Shown: positions 10,301-18,651 of the stretch, one piece after another
How the letters are laid out: each line of letters starts with the position of its first letter
How positions within the stretch are numbered: the stretch's first letter is position 1
Origin: a virus
Direction: 5' to 3' (one strand)
Length of the DNA stretch: 43,041 bases
IMG/VR virus record: IMGVR_UViG_3300045988_104271
Program-made: the position numbers and the translations under genes
The notes under the pieces: generated by a model
Seen by the model: the letters and a program-made list of their open reading frames with translations, nothing else
Told to the model about the DNA's origin: nothing
Database searches by the model: none

Positions 10301-13300
10301 GAACGTTTCATTTCCGCCACGATACATCACCTTCGGCGTTCCATCCGCATTAACTACCTTGCTGGCTTTCGCGGGATTGTTCTGCCAATCGCCGAACCAA
10401 CGCTTGAATTGTTGCGATTCTTCGACAGCATTTTTCATGGAAAAACGCACCTGCTTATCAAGTGGTTTGCCGAGATTCTCAAAATTGAGTTCATCTTCGC
10501 GCACAAGCAGGTCGCGTGCTTCTTTGGGGATTATGCCATCTTCGTACAGTTCATCGGCTATTCGCGCCCGTTCTTCGTCTCCGGTCGCATCAAGAAGCGG
10601 CTGTATTTCCTCACTCATGGGTATAACCACGGACGGCACATCTACACCAGCCTCCCGTGCGGCAAGTATTCTATGAGAGCCGGTCAGAGCCTGATATCCA
10701 TCGTTCCCGTTCTCAACAAGCACAACTCTGCGCCCATTGTAGCCGTTGTTCTCAAACTCGTTTATGAGGTAATGGTATTTGCTGCTGCTTGTAACTCTGT
10801 TGGGCGGCGTTATCTCCATCGGATTGACTTCTCGGATATCTGCGCCGCTATCTTTCGCAGAAAGCTTGACATTTCCATCCGATTTTTCCTTGTAATCAAA
10901 TACTTTTTGTAGTATACTAATTACGGAAGGTGTATCTGCGCTGGGAGCGCCGATTTTATTGGCCCCAGTCTTGAACGTAGATACGCCTTCTATTTTTATT
11001 TCGTGCAGATAGAAGTCATCGTTTATACTTTTCTTTCTGAGTATTACACCCTCTACAGCATTTTGCCCAGAAAAGACAACAGGTGCGGCAACAATGACCG
11101 TGTCATATCCGCGACCTTTCCAATTGTATTGAACATCAAGTATTTTACCCTTCTTTATAACATCAGGGACAGCAACAAATGCAGCAGCCTTATTTCTTCC
11201 TATACCGTGGGCTATATCATCCTTAACCCCGTTTCTGTCGAGAATTATTCGTCCAAGGTCTGGGCTTATAACTTCCCCACCAATTTCCTCAAAGAAATTT
11301 GAAACTTGCGTTATCAAGTCAACTTCGCCCTTTGCGAACTCAGTTCCCTTCACTTTAGCCACAGGCTGCATATTGGCTACGGCTCTATAATTCTTCTCAA
11401 TATCGACACTGCTTCCAAAATTGGGGTCAAGGCGCGGCGAAAAGCTAACTTTGCCATCTTCATTAGCCGCTTTACCCTTTGTCCCTTCCATCCCCTCAAA
11501 GTAATAATCGGCTATCATGTCAAGGGTCTGCTTGTTGTTGCGGATAAGCTCCATCTGTTCCCAGCTCTTTTGGCCTTTGAGAATGTTATATGCCTTATCC
11601 AGTATCGCACGAAGGTCTTTTATAAGCTGTTCAAACCACGCCCTGACCTTCCCGCTCGACTTCATAACTTTATCGGCAAAGCGTTTGCCCTGCTGCTCAT
11701 CGGTAAGGATAACAGGAACGGTGTTGGCTACCACTTCGGTAACGGCTTCGGAGCGGCTCAGGCCGTTCTTATCTATCTGGTACTGCACCATCTTTTCAAA
11801 CTCGGCCTTGGCTTCGTCAAACGTCATGCCCTTCTGGTTCATCAACTCGCCTTCGATAGCTGCTTCAACGACCTCAGACAGCGCGCTAAAGCCTTCTTTG
11901 TTCTTGACCTCCATCTCATGGATGCTCTCATGCGCGACAACGTAAGCATACGCCTGTCCAGTACTATCAAGCGAAAGGTGATAGGTGTCCGTCTTGGCGT
12001 CATAGTATGCGTTCGCATCACTCCTGCTGAACGTTACGCTGTTGCCGTCAGTGCCTATGGCATCGTGTATTACAAGTTTCTTCCCAGCGGCCTTGAACAC
12101 CTCGTCCAGCGCCCTTATCTGCTTGCGCTGTGAACTGGTGAGCTTCTGGTCTGAATATTCGCGGTTCACGCCCGCCTCGTACTCTGCCTTGGCTTGCGGC
12201 CTTACGTTGTTGCCCTGCTGTCCGGCAATGGAGTTTGCGCGGCTGGACTGATACGCGGCCTGTCCTGCACGGAATGCGGCCATTCTTGCGTTGTCGTTGA
12301 GATAATGACGCGCATACACGCTATCGCCTACGGCCTTTGCATATTCATAGCCCTGCTTACCGCTTAGATAAACGGAATTAAACCCACGGAGATAGTTATC
12401 AACGCTCGTTTCGCCCGTGTAGTTGTTTACCAATGCATTTGCCGTATTAGCATCGAAGGACGCGGCACGCTCATACAGCACGTTTATGTTCGGGTCGTCA
12501 AAGTCCACATCGGACAACTGCGCCGTAGTGCCATCGGAGAGCCTCACATTCAGGCCATTATCGGTATCGACTATGCTCCCTACGCTAACAGCATTGCCAT
12601 TGCTTGTAGTTGCCGTATGGCGCGTTGCAACGCCGTTCTGCGCGGTTTTAGCGGGTGCGGCGGCATTGTTGCTTGTCTGCCTTTCAAGAGGTCTCTGCGC
12701 GGCTTTTTCGGCGGCTTGTGCGGCGGCCTCCTGAATGTTCGTGGGCGGCTGTGTCTGCGCGGCCTTGGCCGCGGCTTCTGCAACGCGGTTTATATCCTCA
12801 TTAGCGGGAGTTCTGTTTACGGCGGCAGGAGGTTCTACTTCATTTCCGGCTACGCCCTGAGCGGCTTTACGTTGTATATCCACGGGAGATTGTTCCTGCA
12901 CGCTTTGCGCGGCTGTGCTTTCTCGCTGCATAGAATTGAGAGCAGCATTGAACTCCCGTTCCGCATATCTTGCTACGCCTATGTCGAGCGCAAGGTTGGG
13001 TGCTTCGAACAATCCTGCGGTGAGCGCGCCCATAAGACCGGAATAAAGCGCTTCCTCGTCAAGCGGGTTAAATTCGTTCTGTTCACCCGCTACTACGTTT
13101 TTGAACACAGGCTCAAGGAGGGATTGGAGGTATTCTTCCGTGGCTTCCGAGCCCATGTTTGCAATGTATCTGCCTATGGCATCAGTAACGCCTTTGTTCT
13201 TTATCACTTTGCCAAGCGCACGACTTATAGCACCGCCCGCAGCTTCTTCAGTTATACCAAGGCCAAGGCTGGATATACCACCAAGAACGGCTTGCAATCC

Positions 13301-14509
13301 GGCTTCGGACGCGCCAACAAGTGTACCATATGTAAGAGCTTGTTTGTGTGTATAACCGCTATCGCGGCCTTCTTTATAGGCATTGCCGCCAGCAGAAACA
13401 CCAAGCGTAGATGCGCCTAATGCTGAAGCAAGCTTCGAGGGAACATCAAGCCCGCCGAGGGCGGCAGACGCAGCAATCGACGGGAGCATATTGCCGCCAG
13501 TATAAGCAACATCGTTTATAGCCCCGCGCACTGGGTTTAATCCTTCCCTCCATGCCTTATACTCATACTGTAATGGAGAAGTTGGAACCATGGGGCCGTC
13601 AAATACACCACTAATAGCATTTGTCATACCGGCAAAAGCGTTATCAACACCGGCAACAAAAGGCAATATGCCGGCAGTTCCGACTTTTTTATTAAGACCA
13701 GCTTCCTTAGTGCCTATTCTATAATTCAGAGATTCTTGAAGAAGGCTTCTAAACTTTTCTGCTTCGCTATCTCCGCGTGTTCCAAGCAGGTAGTAATAAA
13801 TGTCGCGTTCATCGTCAGTCATTGCGTCAACGCTGGCTATCGTGTCGGCGCGTTGGAAGTCTTCTGCCTGTTTGCTCGTTATAATTGCATTTCCACTGCC
13901 CATGGCACCATTAAATATATCCCAAAAGCCCGGAGTGGATTCGCGTTCGCGTTTGTTGGCGGCTTCATATTTATGCTGCCCTACGGCTACTCCGCTTTTG
14001 AAGTCGCTCGCGCTAAAATACTTGCCGTAACCCGCTATTTCATTGTCTCTTTCCTGTAAGCGTTGTTTGCGCTCTGCTGCAAGCTTGTCCTTCCCCATCT
14101 GTACAGAAGCTTTTTCTGCCTGTCTGCGTTCGGTCAATTCTTTCTGCCAGTTCGGGTTATAGTAAGAACTGCGGGGATTGCGGGACTGTGGGGGTTGCGG
14201 TCTTTGCCGCCGACTGTTTGTGACATACGCATTGGCAGCGTTGCGGTAGTCCTCGGTGGTAAGAGTGGGGGACTGATTCTGCCGATATGCGCTTCCTTCT
14301 GGTGTAGAGCGCGAATACCGCTGAGATTCATATGTGCGGGGGATAGTGGATATTTCGTTTTTCTCCCGCAAGGACTGATAGGGGGTTTTGTCCCTGTATT
14401 TATAAGTCGCGCTGTTCGGGTCGTACCTCGCTGCTATTTCGCTTGCAAGGCGTTCCTTATCGTCCGCAACATTCTTACCGCTTTTCTTCGTGTTGTTGAG
14501 TTTTGCCAT
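4325..14509 (-). CDS. Giant 3,394-aa polyvalent virion/ejection protein (zincin, ParB-like and ART-like modules plus large uncharacterised domains)
   Basis: A single uninterrupted ORF of 10.2 kb. Recognisable modules are listed as separate entries. Recurrent (V/I)RFS(M/R)K linkers and Gly/Ala-rich hydrophobic segments occur at aa 280-500. Confidence 0.9.
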   Translation of the reverse strand: MAKLNNTKKSGKNVADDKERLASEIAARYDPNSATYKYRDKTPYQSLREKNEISTIPRTYESQRYSRSTPEGSAYRQNQSPTLTTEDYRNAANAYVTNSRRQRPQPPQSRNPRSSYYNPNWQKELTERRQAEKASVQMGKDKLAAERKQRLQERDNEIAGYGKYFSASDFKSGVAVGQHKYEAANKRERESTPGFWDIFNGAMGSGNAIITSKQAEDFQRADTIASVDAMTDDERDIYYYLLGTRGDSEAEKFRSLLQESLNYRIGTKEAGLNKKVGTAGILPFVAGVDNAFAGMTNAISGVFDGPMVPTSPLQYEYKAWREGLNPVRGAINDVAYTGGNMLPSIAASAALGGLDVPSKLASALGASTLGVSAGGNAYKEGRDSGYTHKQALTYGTLVGASEAGLQAVLGGISSLGLGITEEAAGGAISRALGKVIKNKGVTDAIGRYIANMGSEATEEYLQSLLEPVFKNVVAGEQNEFNPLDEEALYSGLMGALTAGLFEAPNLALDIGVARYAEREFNAALNSMQRESTAAQSVQEQSPVDIQRKAAQGVAGNEVEPPAAVNRTPANEDINRVAEAAAKAAQTQPPTNIQEAAAQAAEKAAQRPLERQTSNNAAAPAKTAQNGVATRHTATTSNGNAVSVGSIVDTDNGLNVRLSDGTTAQLSDVDFDDPNINVLYERAASFDANTANALVNNYTGETSVDNYLRGFNSVYLSGKQGYEYAKAVGDSVYARHYLNDNARMAAFRAGQAAYQSSRANSIAGQQGNNVRPQAKAEYEAGVNREYSDQKLTSSQRKQIRALDEVFKAAGKKLVIHDAIGTDGNSVTFSRSDANAYYDAKTDTYHLSLDSTGQAYAYVVAHESIHEMEVKNKEGFSALSEVVEAAIEGELMNQKGMTFDEAKAEFEKMVQYQIDKNGLSRSEAVTEVVANTVPVILTDEQQGKRFADKVMKSSGKVRAWFEQLIKDLRAILDKAYNILKGQKSWEQMELIRNNKQTLDMIADYYFEGMEGTKGKAANEDGKVSFSPRLDPNFGSSVDIEKNYRAVANMQPVAKVKGTEFAKGEVDLITQVSNFFEEIGGEVISPDLGRIILDRNGVKDDIAHGIGRNKAAAFVAVPDVIKKGKILDVQYNWKGRGYDTVIVAAPVVFSGQNAVEGVILRKKSINDDFYLHEIKIEGVSTFKTGANKIGAPSADTPSVISILQKVFDYKEKSDGNVKLSAKDSGADIREVNPMEITPPNRVTSSSKYHYLINEFENNGYNGRRVVLVENGNDGYQALTGSHRILAAREAGVDVPSVVIPMSEEIQPLLDATGDEERARIADELYEDGIIPKEARDLLVREDELNFENLGKPLDKQVRFSMKNAVEESQQFKRWFGDWQNNPAKASKVVNADGTPKVMYRGGNETFNIFDRKKSKYSNLYGRGFYFTDSESHARQYGDARAYYLDVKHPVPMQERTITKKQMRNFLEAVAENEDYGLENYGSGATVDSVLKDVYGKNDFAMLNDVNQTAIGDMVAAVELFNEVNGTDFDGLILDTETVVFNSNQIKSATDNIGTFDPNNPDIRFSMKDTVEETRDLIAVHNLKGAELEADIELGGFPMPSIAITKPELGHSEFGDISLIFGKDTIDPKRSGNKVYNADAYTPTFPQIGYKPNEKSIKRLRDLYYKVYEKAGSDIAYPLYAFGVDDAGEAIARYGGSEQAIVKSFADNTDMMQAYLVDQGKQPIETIQREVVTEIGEPEKERYDFILNKLGKDAFEAMGTGKSRATWYEKYGESYREALKQQLIDAGIDSEAAASVVADGFSRGDVLTDALKVRSYMQNGPRMVRTQPDIAATQKAIKEAVNPSEYKAWLENTFSGIVSKKGIRNDKDTFTNSGNRRSFETLYWEFNLENIVKAMKSQDEKGASGLGTKSIFGSSAREYESIADIKADSSRLQTLNEEQYAAIKETYSNRFREIVDTYAGNKDWWDAANTLCEAVALRKTRTGIYNYLNQWPQVYKASYDIVDSLISLTQDIAKMPTEYFEAKPQRAVSFDEVRAVIMPEGKYEDLQTALESRGIPVETYNPDVEGERLSKLNSEFTERFRFSRKDDVSVTPEDAKKLQKQNDKLKQALEVAKQEIKLSDGHHVKASAVERLAGSLLKEYSSKMDKAELVSNITELFDYIGNGENVVWDEVQAGAMNIALNVLDQSSKRNTEWYDNTKPAREFLKNNTIKLNEKQLAEVQSAFGSYTEFRRELYNKAKFSKTEGISLEQAWRDLSGMFPDTFDPDTPDVDMPILLHDEVVNMYDRPIENPYGYGMKEYAADLAMRLYGEYMAMPERKTFADKQQKKLEMQRARYNTLMEQQREQAKAKYEKLRDQRDITKYKTSIEKNAKSLYSWLTKPNNSKHVPEALRNKTADLLKTLEFDGKKGYMWKDAMRNLQTWMQQVDRAKTNPDIDNPLIEYAPDLIDNMQSLLDSASKYNNISDMPLDKLKELNNIVAAVKHTVTTANTVIADGRRQYIDDIGGNIIKTAQVQRPKAREFMRKHPYAYKMASAVSGFFNSGNVKPIYFFDNIGGEMKTLFNDVRQASYKAALTANAIREEYAQIKDKYRYKEWADKSGDLLTIQIKGGSNVSITREQALDIYATAKREKLIGTQHLTKDGFVFNKDVVQKNGKLIETATNDNVNKPLSEETIAEISDWLTKEQKGYADALVELMSTKGAELGNEVTMQMYGINRFAESYYIPIMSARQFIETAFNGRVPEAMSWMNKGFTKNTVAGARNPIVITGITQKALQHMADMATYNAMAIPQDTMAKVYNYKQWGEDGGANTYIRAELDKAYGQHTSKYIKTFINDISGNITVDPRDSMASKMISAFRRNAISGKLSVAIQQPSAIVRATALVDPKYFFGHVSKNTYDTAKKYSGTAVIKEVGGFDAYTGKGLVQWMADNNKLNFRNVRDAVAGWAPQKMDEITWCRIWKACENEIADTTAFERGSEEFYKAVGHRFDDVIEYTQVYDSVISRSEYMRSKSAGAKLFTSFKAEPTVSYNMYWYALKHMDEKGGKARLLRTAASIIGAGVFNAILKSVITAIRDDDENQNYVDKYVEALVGNLVGTPLKKVPYIGEYIYLGGELDTLGSLPLVNEVLSMLQGYTSSRSELKVIQDLINAAGDLDNEKKGLDERLLRMAKATSQMFGIPLDAFIKDWLGVVKEAYKAISGNEPELSGNIMYEIREGLGVKQELELYKGVDKAITTGDYTRLDKQFKTMVERDTTTDPTKKARETVRAAVRQYFDAGEVKAGDAKRILVRCGYKMDDAEAMITKWDFWRDYPEAHDTSIEDGTETLAAKYFEYAKPANIDKTLFYDVYKFNGSAKADKDKNGNSIRNSKRDKVADYINKQRLTKAQKDALWLACGYKESTLDEAPWR
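9830..10414 (-). other. ADP-ribosyltransferase-like module of the polyvalent-protein type (aa about 1366-1560)
   Basis: FKRWFGDW...KVMYRGG...GRGFYFTDS...AYYLDV...VVFNSNQIKSATDNIGTFD is the pattern I associate with ART-PolyVal domains. Confidence 0.55.
10610..10828 (-). other. ParB/sulfiredoxin-like nuclease-type domain (aa about 1228-1300)
   Basis: YQALTGSHRILAAREAGVDVPSVVI matches the ParB N-domain GxHR...G signature. Confidence 0.65.
11918..11932 (-). other. HExxH zincin metallopeptidase motif (aa 860-864, AHESIHEM)
   Basis: Motif read directly: VVAHESIHEM. Confidence 0.6.
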
Positions 14510-14513
14510 AGTA

Positions 14514-15758
14514 TCACCTACCGCTACGCTGTATGCCTCTCAGCTTGTTCTTGTTCTCTTCGCTGCTTGTGAGAATGCCAGCCCTAACATAGTCATTATA
14601 CGCATCCTGTGCGGCATACTTACCCTGATTGTTAGCTACATTCTCGATGGTTTGCCATGCAGTAGCCGAAGCTTTTGCATTACCAATAGCTTTATATGCA
14701 GGAGTGTTGGTGACTTTTATCATAGGGCCAGCACCGCCGAAGATTGAGCCAGTTTTCCGCCCATTTGTATAAGTTGACCCAGAATATGTCTTTTTGTTTG
14801 TCGTGCTTGTCGGGGTGCTTTTACCTTTACCAGAGCTGCCGCCACTACGGCCTGAGCCCAACGAAGCTGCCGCCGCTGCCGCAGCAGCCATAGCCGTCTT
14901 GTAATTGAATTCCTGCTCCCACTGCCATTTATTGAACCAGTAGTCGCGGTCTTTCTCCCATGCGGATGCATCGTTGAGATAGCGGTTGTATTCACGGTCA
15001 GACATATCGCCGAACCTGTTGTAGTAATAATTCAGTTCGTCCTTGTAATCCCCAACAGTATCGCGGTAACGGGCATAATCGCTCTCATCAAGTCCCTGTA
15101 AGGTTGAAAGATTGGAGCGAATCCTGTCTCCCTCGTTAAGCCATGCGTTGTACGCAAAATCGCGTAAGTCGGGGATACGGTCGTTAAGCCCCTGCAAATA
15201 AGACTGGTAAGCCTGTTGCCCTGCTGTAGCCGCGTAGGAATTGCCGTAGCCGCCCGTGAGTGCGGCAGCGTCGCCCATAGTGTCTTGCATTGCCATTCTG
15301 CCCTGCTGCAAATACCTGTCCTTATACATCTGGTACATGGGGTCGGCGTTAAAGTCATACTTAAACGGGTCGCGGTTGAGTATCTTGTCAAGCAAAGCCT
15401 GTATCTGGTCGCCGTACTTGCTGACGTAATCGCCGGGCTTAGAGCCTTCGAGGTCTTTGACCTTGTTCCATGCGTCCGTTACGTCCTGAGATTGGCTGTA
15501 CTTAGGGCGCGAGTTTTCATAGCCCGCCAGTTTTCCGGCTGTATCCGGATTGGCATAGCTGCCGGAGCTTGAATAATTGTATGAATATCCGCTGCCTGTC
15601 GGGCTGGAATAGTCATTCCTTGCCGATGTCAACGGGGTTTTGCGGTTACCGAGATTGTCATACGCGGCATCAACGTCCTCTATCGGGCCCCACCCGCCGG
15701 TATAGTTCGGCGTGCCGTCAAGCATACTGTTCCATTGCATTTTTTTGCGTTCTGCCAT
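14514..15758 (-). CDS. Virion/ejection-type protein (414 aa) with poly-Ala and Ser/Gly/Thr-rich tract
   Basis: ORF immediately upstream of the giant gene. It contains AAAAAAAASLGSGRSGGSSGKGKS. Confidence 0.7.
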   Translation of the reverse strand: MAERKKMQWNSMLDGTPNYTGGWGPIEDVDAAYDNLGNRKTPLTSARNDYSSPTGSGYSYNYSSSGSYANPDTAGKLAGYENSRPKYSQSQDVTDAWNKVKDLEGSKPGDYVSKYGDQIQALLDKILNRDPFKYDFNADPMYQMYKDRYLQQGRMAMQDTMGDAAALTGGYGNSYAATAGQQAYQSYLQGLNDRIPDLRDFAYNAWLNEGDRIRSNLSTLQGLDESDYARYRDTVGDYKDELNYYYNRFGDMSDREYNRYLNDASAWEKDRDYWFNKWQWEQEFNYKTAMAAAAAAAASLGSGRSGGSSGKGKSTPTSTTNKKTYSGSTYTNGRKTGSIFGGAGPMIKVTNTPAYKAIGNAKASATAWQTIENVANNQGKYAAQDAYNDYVRAGILTSSEENKNKLRGIQRSGR

Positions 15759-15760
15759 AA

Positions 15761-16393
15761 TTAGCCTCCTTCTGCGGGCGAATAGGCTTCTGCCGCCTTG
15801 ATTAGTTCGCCGTTGCTTTTTATGTAAACAGGGTAGTAGGTCTCCCCGTCCTGCGCCGTAGCTACTCCGGTAGCAAACAGCTTGGCGGATGCAACGTGGC
15901 TCCCGTCAAGCTGTGTGCTTCCCGAAGCGGAGGAAAGAGATGAAAACGTGCCTGTGGCACCCGTTATTTTTGATACGCCGTTTTGCTCAAGCTCCGTATC
16001 TGTCACATAGCCTTTCTGTTCGAGTTGCGTATCTGTAACAAAATTGCCCGTAAACTGTATCGTCACCCTTGCAAGTTCAGAATCAGCCATTTTCAGCACA
16101 AGGATGCAGGAACGCTCACGATTCTCAGCATTAAGGCCGAGTTGTGTTGCGTTCTTCTCTACCTTCGATATTGCACCGCCTATGTCGCGCAAGTCTTGCG
16201 ACACCTTGGTTACCGCTGCACCGTTGTCGGATATGGACTTAGAAAGACCTGACGACAAGTTTTCAACGTCAATGTTGTTAAGGATATATTTTAGCTGCCT
16301 TGTGAGCAAAACGAGGTATTCCTTTATCTGCTTGCGCTCCTTGGCATCGTCAAGCTGATTATCATTAAAGTTTGGGAGTTTGAAATCTATCAT
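15761..16393 (-). CDS. Virion protein (210 aa), possible plug/needle
   Basis: Called from position in the operon. Its start overlaps the upstream stop (16390-16393). Confidence 0.65.
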   Translation of the reverse strand: MIDFKLPNFNDNQLDDAKERKQIKEYLVLLTRQLKYILNNIDVENLSSGLSKSISDNGAAVTKVSQDLRDIGGAISKVEKNATQLGLNAENRERSCILVLKMADSELARVTIQFTGNFVTDTQLEQKGYVTDTELEQNGVSKITGATGTFSSLSSASGSTQLDGSHVASAKLFATGVATAQDGETYYPVYIKSNGELIKAAEAYSPAEGG

Positions 16394-18183
16394 ATATCGC
16401 TGCCCTCCTCTACCGTTCGAGTGAACGAATATATCTTACAATCACCAACGCCGCTTATACGTACCTTCATATGGTCACACCTTCGCGGTATTATGGGTAC
16501 GGTAAAAGACCGCAAGCGCGTTGCGTTTATGCGGTACTTCTCTGTCCATTGTCCATCGCTGTCATATTGCAGCTCTATCTTGACCATTGAGCCTTCCGGC
16601 ACTTCAAGGCGGAATTGCAGCTTAGATATATACTTGTTGTTGGGTATGCCCATGCCGATATCGCCAGTTTCGACGTACCATTCGACAGGGGGTTCAAGCT
16701 TCTTCTGGCCTTCAAAATTTTGCAGAAACGTACCGTTCACGGAATATATATCGTCTTTAGTCATAAAGTATAGGTCTTTGTCGTATGTAGCAAACATCTC
16801 AATATTTATCTTATCGATTTTATGCCAAATACCGAGCTTATCATCATACGAAAACAACCAGCGTTCTCCTGAATCATCTTCCATTGAGATATAATATAAA
16901 GAGCCGATTGAGCCAGCAACAGCATTTTTATAATGCACATTGCCCAAGGCATCTGAAACGGGCGTAGGCTGTGTAGCGCCGTATGCGCAGATATCATAAG
17001 CAGACTTATAATAAAGCGTTTCGTTGACAACACAAAGGCTTCTTTCGCTGCCTTTCTCCACACCGCGACAACGAGCATAATCAAGCTGGAAGTTTGACGG
17101 CTTATTGCCGTGCAAGGTTATTACTTCGTTCTCTTTGAAGAACAATACATAACCGCCATGGGATATACAACCTGTAAAATCGCCTGTTGAACCAATCGTA
17201 GCAGAATAACTCGCTGTAGCTTGGTCGGTGAAGTAATTCCAGTTGGTAGGGTCTCCTAACTTGCAAGCATATATTTCATGTTTACCGGAAGAACAGCCCC
17301 ATATGCGGTTGTTGTGTTCGCACAAGAAATCCATATCGGGCACTTTGCGTTCTATTGTCACCGCAGACGATTCAGTTCCGGCTTTGTCGAGCGTGCCAGT
17401 TATCACAATGTAATCATCTGTTACGCCATAAAGAATAAAATCGCCATTAAGTATGGAATTGGACGCTCCGCTTATCGTCACAGCATCATATACCTTGAAG
17501 CCTACGCCTATACCGGTCTTTGACATCTTAATGTATGTCGTTGGTATAGACTGCCAAGAAAGATATAGCACTGAATACTGCATAAGGACGTGCGGAGTTA
17601 CGGAAGTGTTCATCCACAGTTGCCCGTCAGTGGGGTCGCTTGGTGCTGTGTCGCTTGTGGTATATGCCTGATAATCAGTTGCATCTACCTTGCAAAGCTG
17701 CAAGGTAATATCGCCCGATGTAGTGACGGTATTCTCAAGGTTTTCATGAGTATCGGTTATAGTGTCATATACTATTTTATCAGGCCAAATGAATATCTTC
17801 GAGCCCATATTAACAAGCGTTTTCTTGGCTTTTGACAGGGGCATTTTGGGCTTCAACGAAGTTTCGTTGTAGCCGCCAGCCAGTTTGCCATCGTAAAACA
17901 TGAAAACTGCGCGCATGGTTCCAGACCCTTCAGACCCGCCAATCCAACCTACGGTTACTTCCTGCACGGTACAAAATTTTTCATGTGCGTGGATACTATA
18001 CAAATCGTTTATTTTTTGTATCCCGCGCTGCACCCTTGGAGACAAAGCGGGATAGTTCCTACCAGACATATTTTTCATGTCGTAAAATTCCTTACCGCTT
18101 ACGCGGTAGGTATGATTATAGCCGCGAAACTCCGTTGCGCTTTCCCGCGAGGACTGTATGTTATCAAGTTTAGGCAGATACAT
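16390..18183 (-). CDS. Large tail/nozzle-type structural protein (597 aa)
   Basis: Called from size and position between the connector-sized gene and the ejection proteins. Confidence 0.65.
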   Translation of the reverse strand: MYLPKLDNIQSSRESATEFRGYNHTYRVSGKEFYDMKNMSGRNYPALSPRVQRGIQKINDLYSIHAHEKFCTVQEVTVGWIGGSEGSGTMRAVFMFYDGKLAGGYNETSLKPKMPLSKAKKTLVNMGSKIFIWPDKIVYDTITDTHENLENTVTTSGDITLQLCKVDATDYQAYTTSDTAPSDPTDGQLWMNTSVTPHVLMQYSVLYLSWQSIPTTYIKMSKTGIGVGFKVYDAVTISGASNSILNGDFILYGVTDDYIVITGTLDKAGTESSAVTIERKVPDMDFLCEHNNRIWGCSSGKHEIYACKLGDPTNWNYFTDQATASYSATIGSTGDFTGCISHGGYVLFFKENEVITLHGNKPSNFQLDYARCRGVEKGSERSLCVVNETLYYKSAYDICAYGATQPTPVSDALGNVHYKNAVAGSIGSLYYISMEDDSGERWLFSYDDKLGIWHKIDKINIEMFATYDKDLYFMTKDDIYSVNGTFLQNFEGQKKLEPPVEWYVETGDIGMGIPNNKYISKLQFRLEVPEGSMVKIELQYDSDGQWTEKYRINATRLRSFTVPIIPRRCDHMKVRISGVGDCKIYSFTRTVEEGSDI

Positions 18184-18186
18184 ATG

Positions 18187-18558
18187 TCATATCCTCACAT
18201 AATTAGGCTGCAAGGGCATATTATTGCGGTTGTACCAGCCCGAGAACGCATCAAGGGCCACGTTATACATTATCATGCTGTTGGTGTACCTTTGCATCTC
18301 GGCATTGTGATAGTCCACCTGCGCCATAAGGTATTTTATATAGATATCGGAATAAGGTTCGGGAACCATAAGGACGGTATCCATGTCCGTATCAACGCTG
18401 TATCTGCCGTGCGGTATATCTTCGCTGCCTTCGTGGTTCTTCACTACATCTTCATAGAGAATACCTTCAAGGTCTGATATCCAGCGGACAAGGGTTTCAT
18501 CGTCATACTGGTTTTCCTTCACGGCCTGTAGCTGTGTAATGGCTTCGCTTGTAGTCAT
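18187..18558 (-). CDS. Head-tail adaptor-sized protein (123 aa)
   Basis: Called from position after the capsid genes. GGAGGT lies upstream of the start. Confidence 0.6.
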   Translation of the reverse strand: MTTSEAITQLQAVKENQYDDETLVRWISDLEGILYEDVVKNHEGSEDIPHGRYSVDTDMDTVLMVPEPYSDIYIKYLMAQVDYHNAEMQRYTNSMIMYNVALDAFSGWYNRNNMPLQPNYVRI

Positions 18559-18651
18559 GGTCTACCTCCTGTGATTAGAGTTGCGGACTGGCGGAGTTGC
18601 GCCGCCATGCAGGGAACTGCCCGCCCACATGATGAGAGGGGCTTGCGCCCC

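Noticed and set aside
5585-13420. Long plus-strand ORFs inside the giant gene (5585..6619, 9779..10912, 11306..12133, 12617..13420 and many shorter ones)
   Set aside because: These are antisense shadow frames of a single continuous 10.2-kb minus-strand ORF. Their translations are Cys/Leu/Arg/Phe-rich junk without RBSs.
4325-14509. Giant ORF as an N4-like virion RNA polymerase
   Set aside because: The size and the N4-type capsid suggested it. However, I found no T7-like polymerase motifs; instead there are HExxH, ParB-like and ART-like modules and RFS linkers, which fit a polyvalent protein.
18559-18651. GC-rich hairpins (GAGGGGC/GCCCCTC and GGCGG/CCGCC) after the capsid genes as a novel ncRNA
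   Set aside because: They are more simply explained as a partial terminator/attenuator that lowers expression of downstream tail genes relative to capsid genes. There is no further supporting structure.
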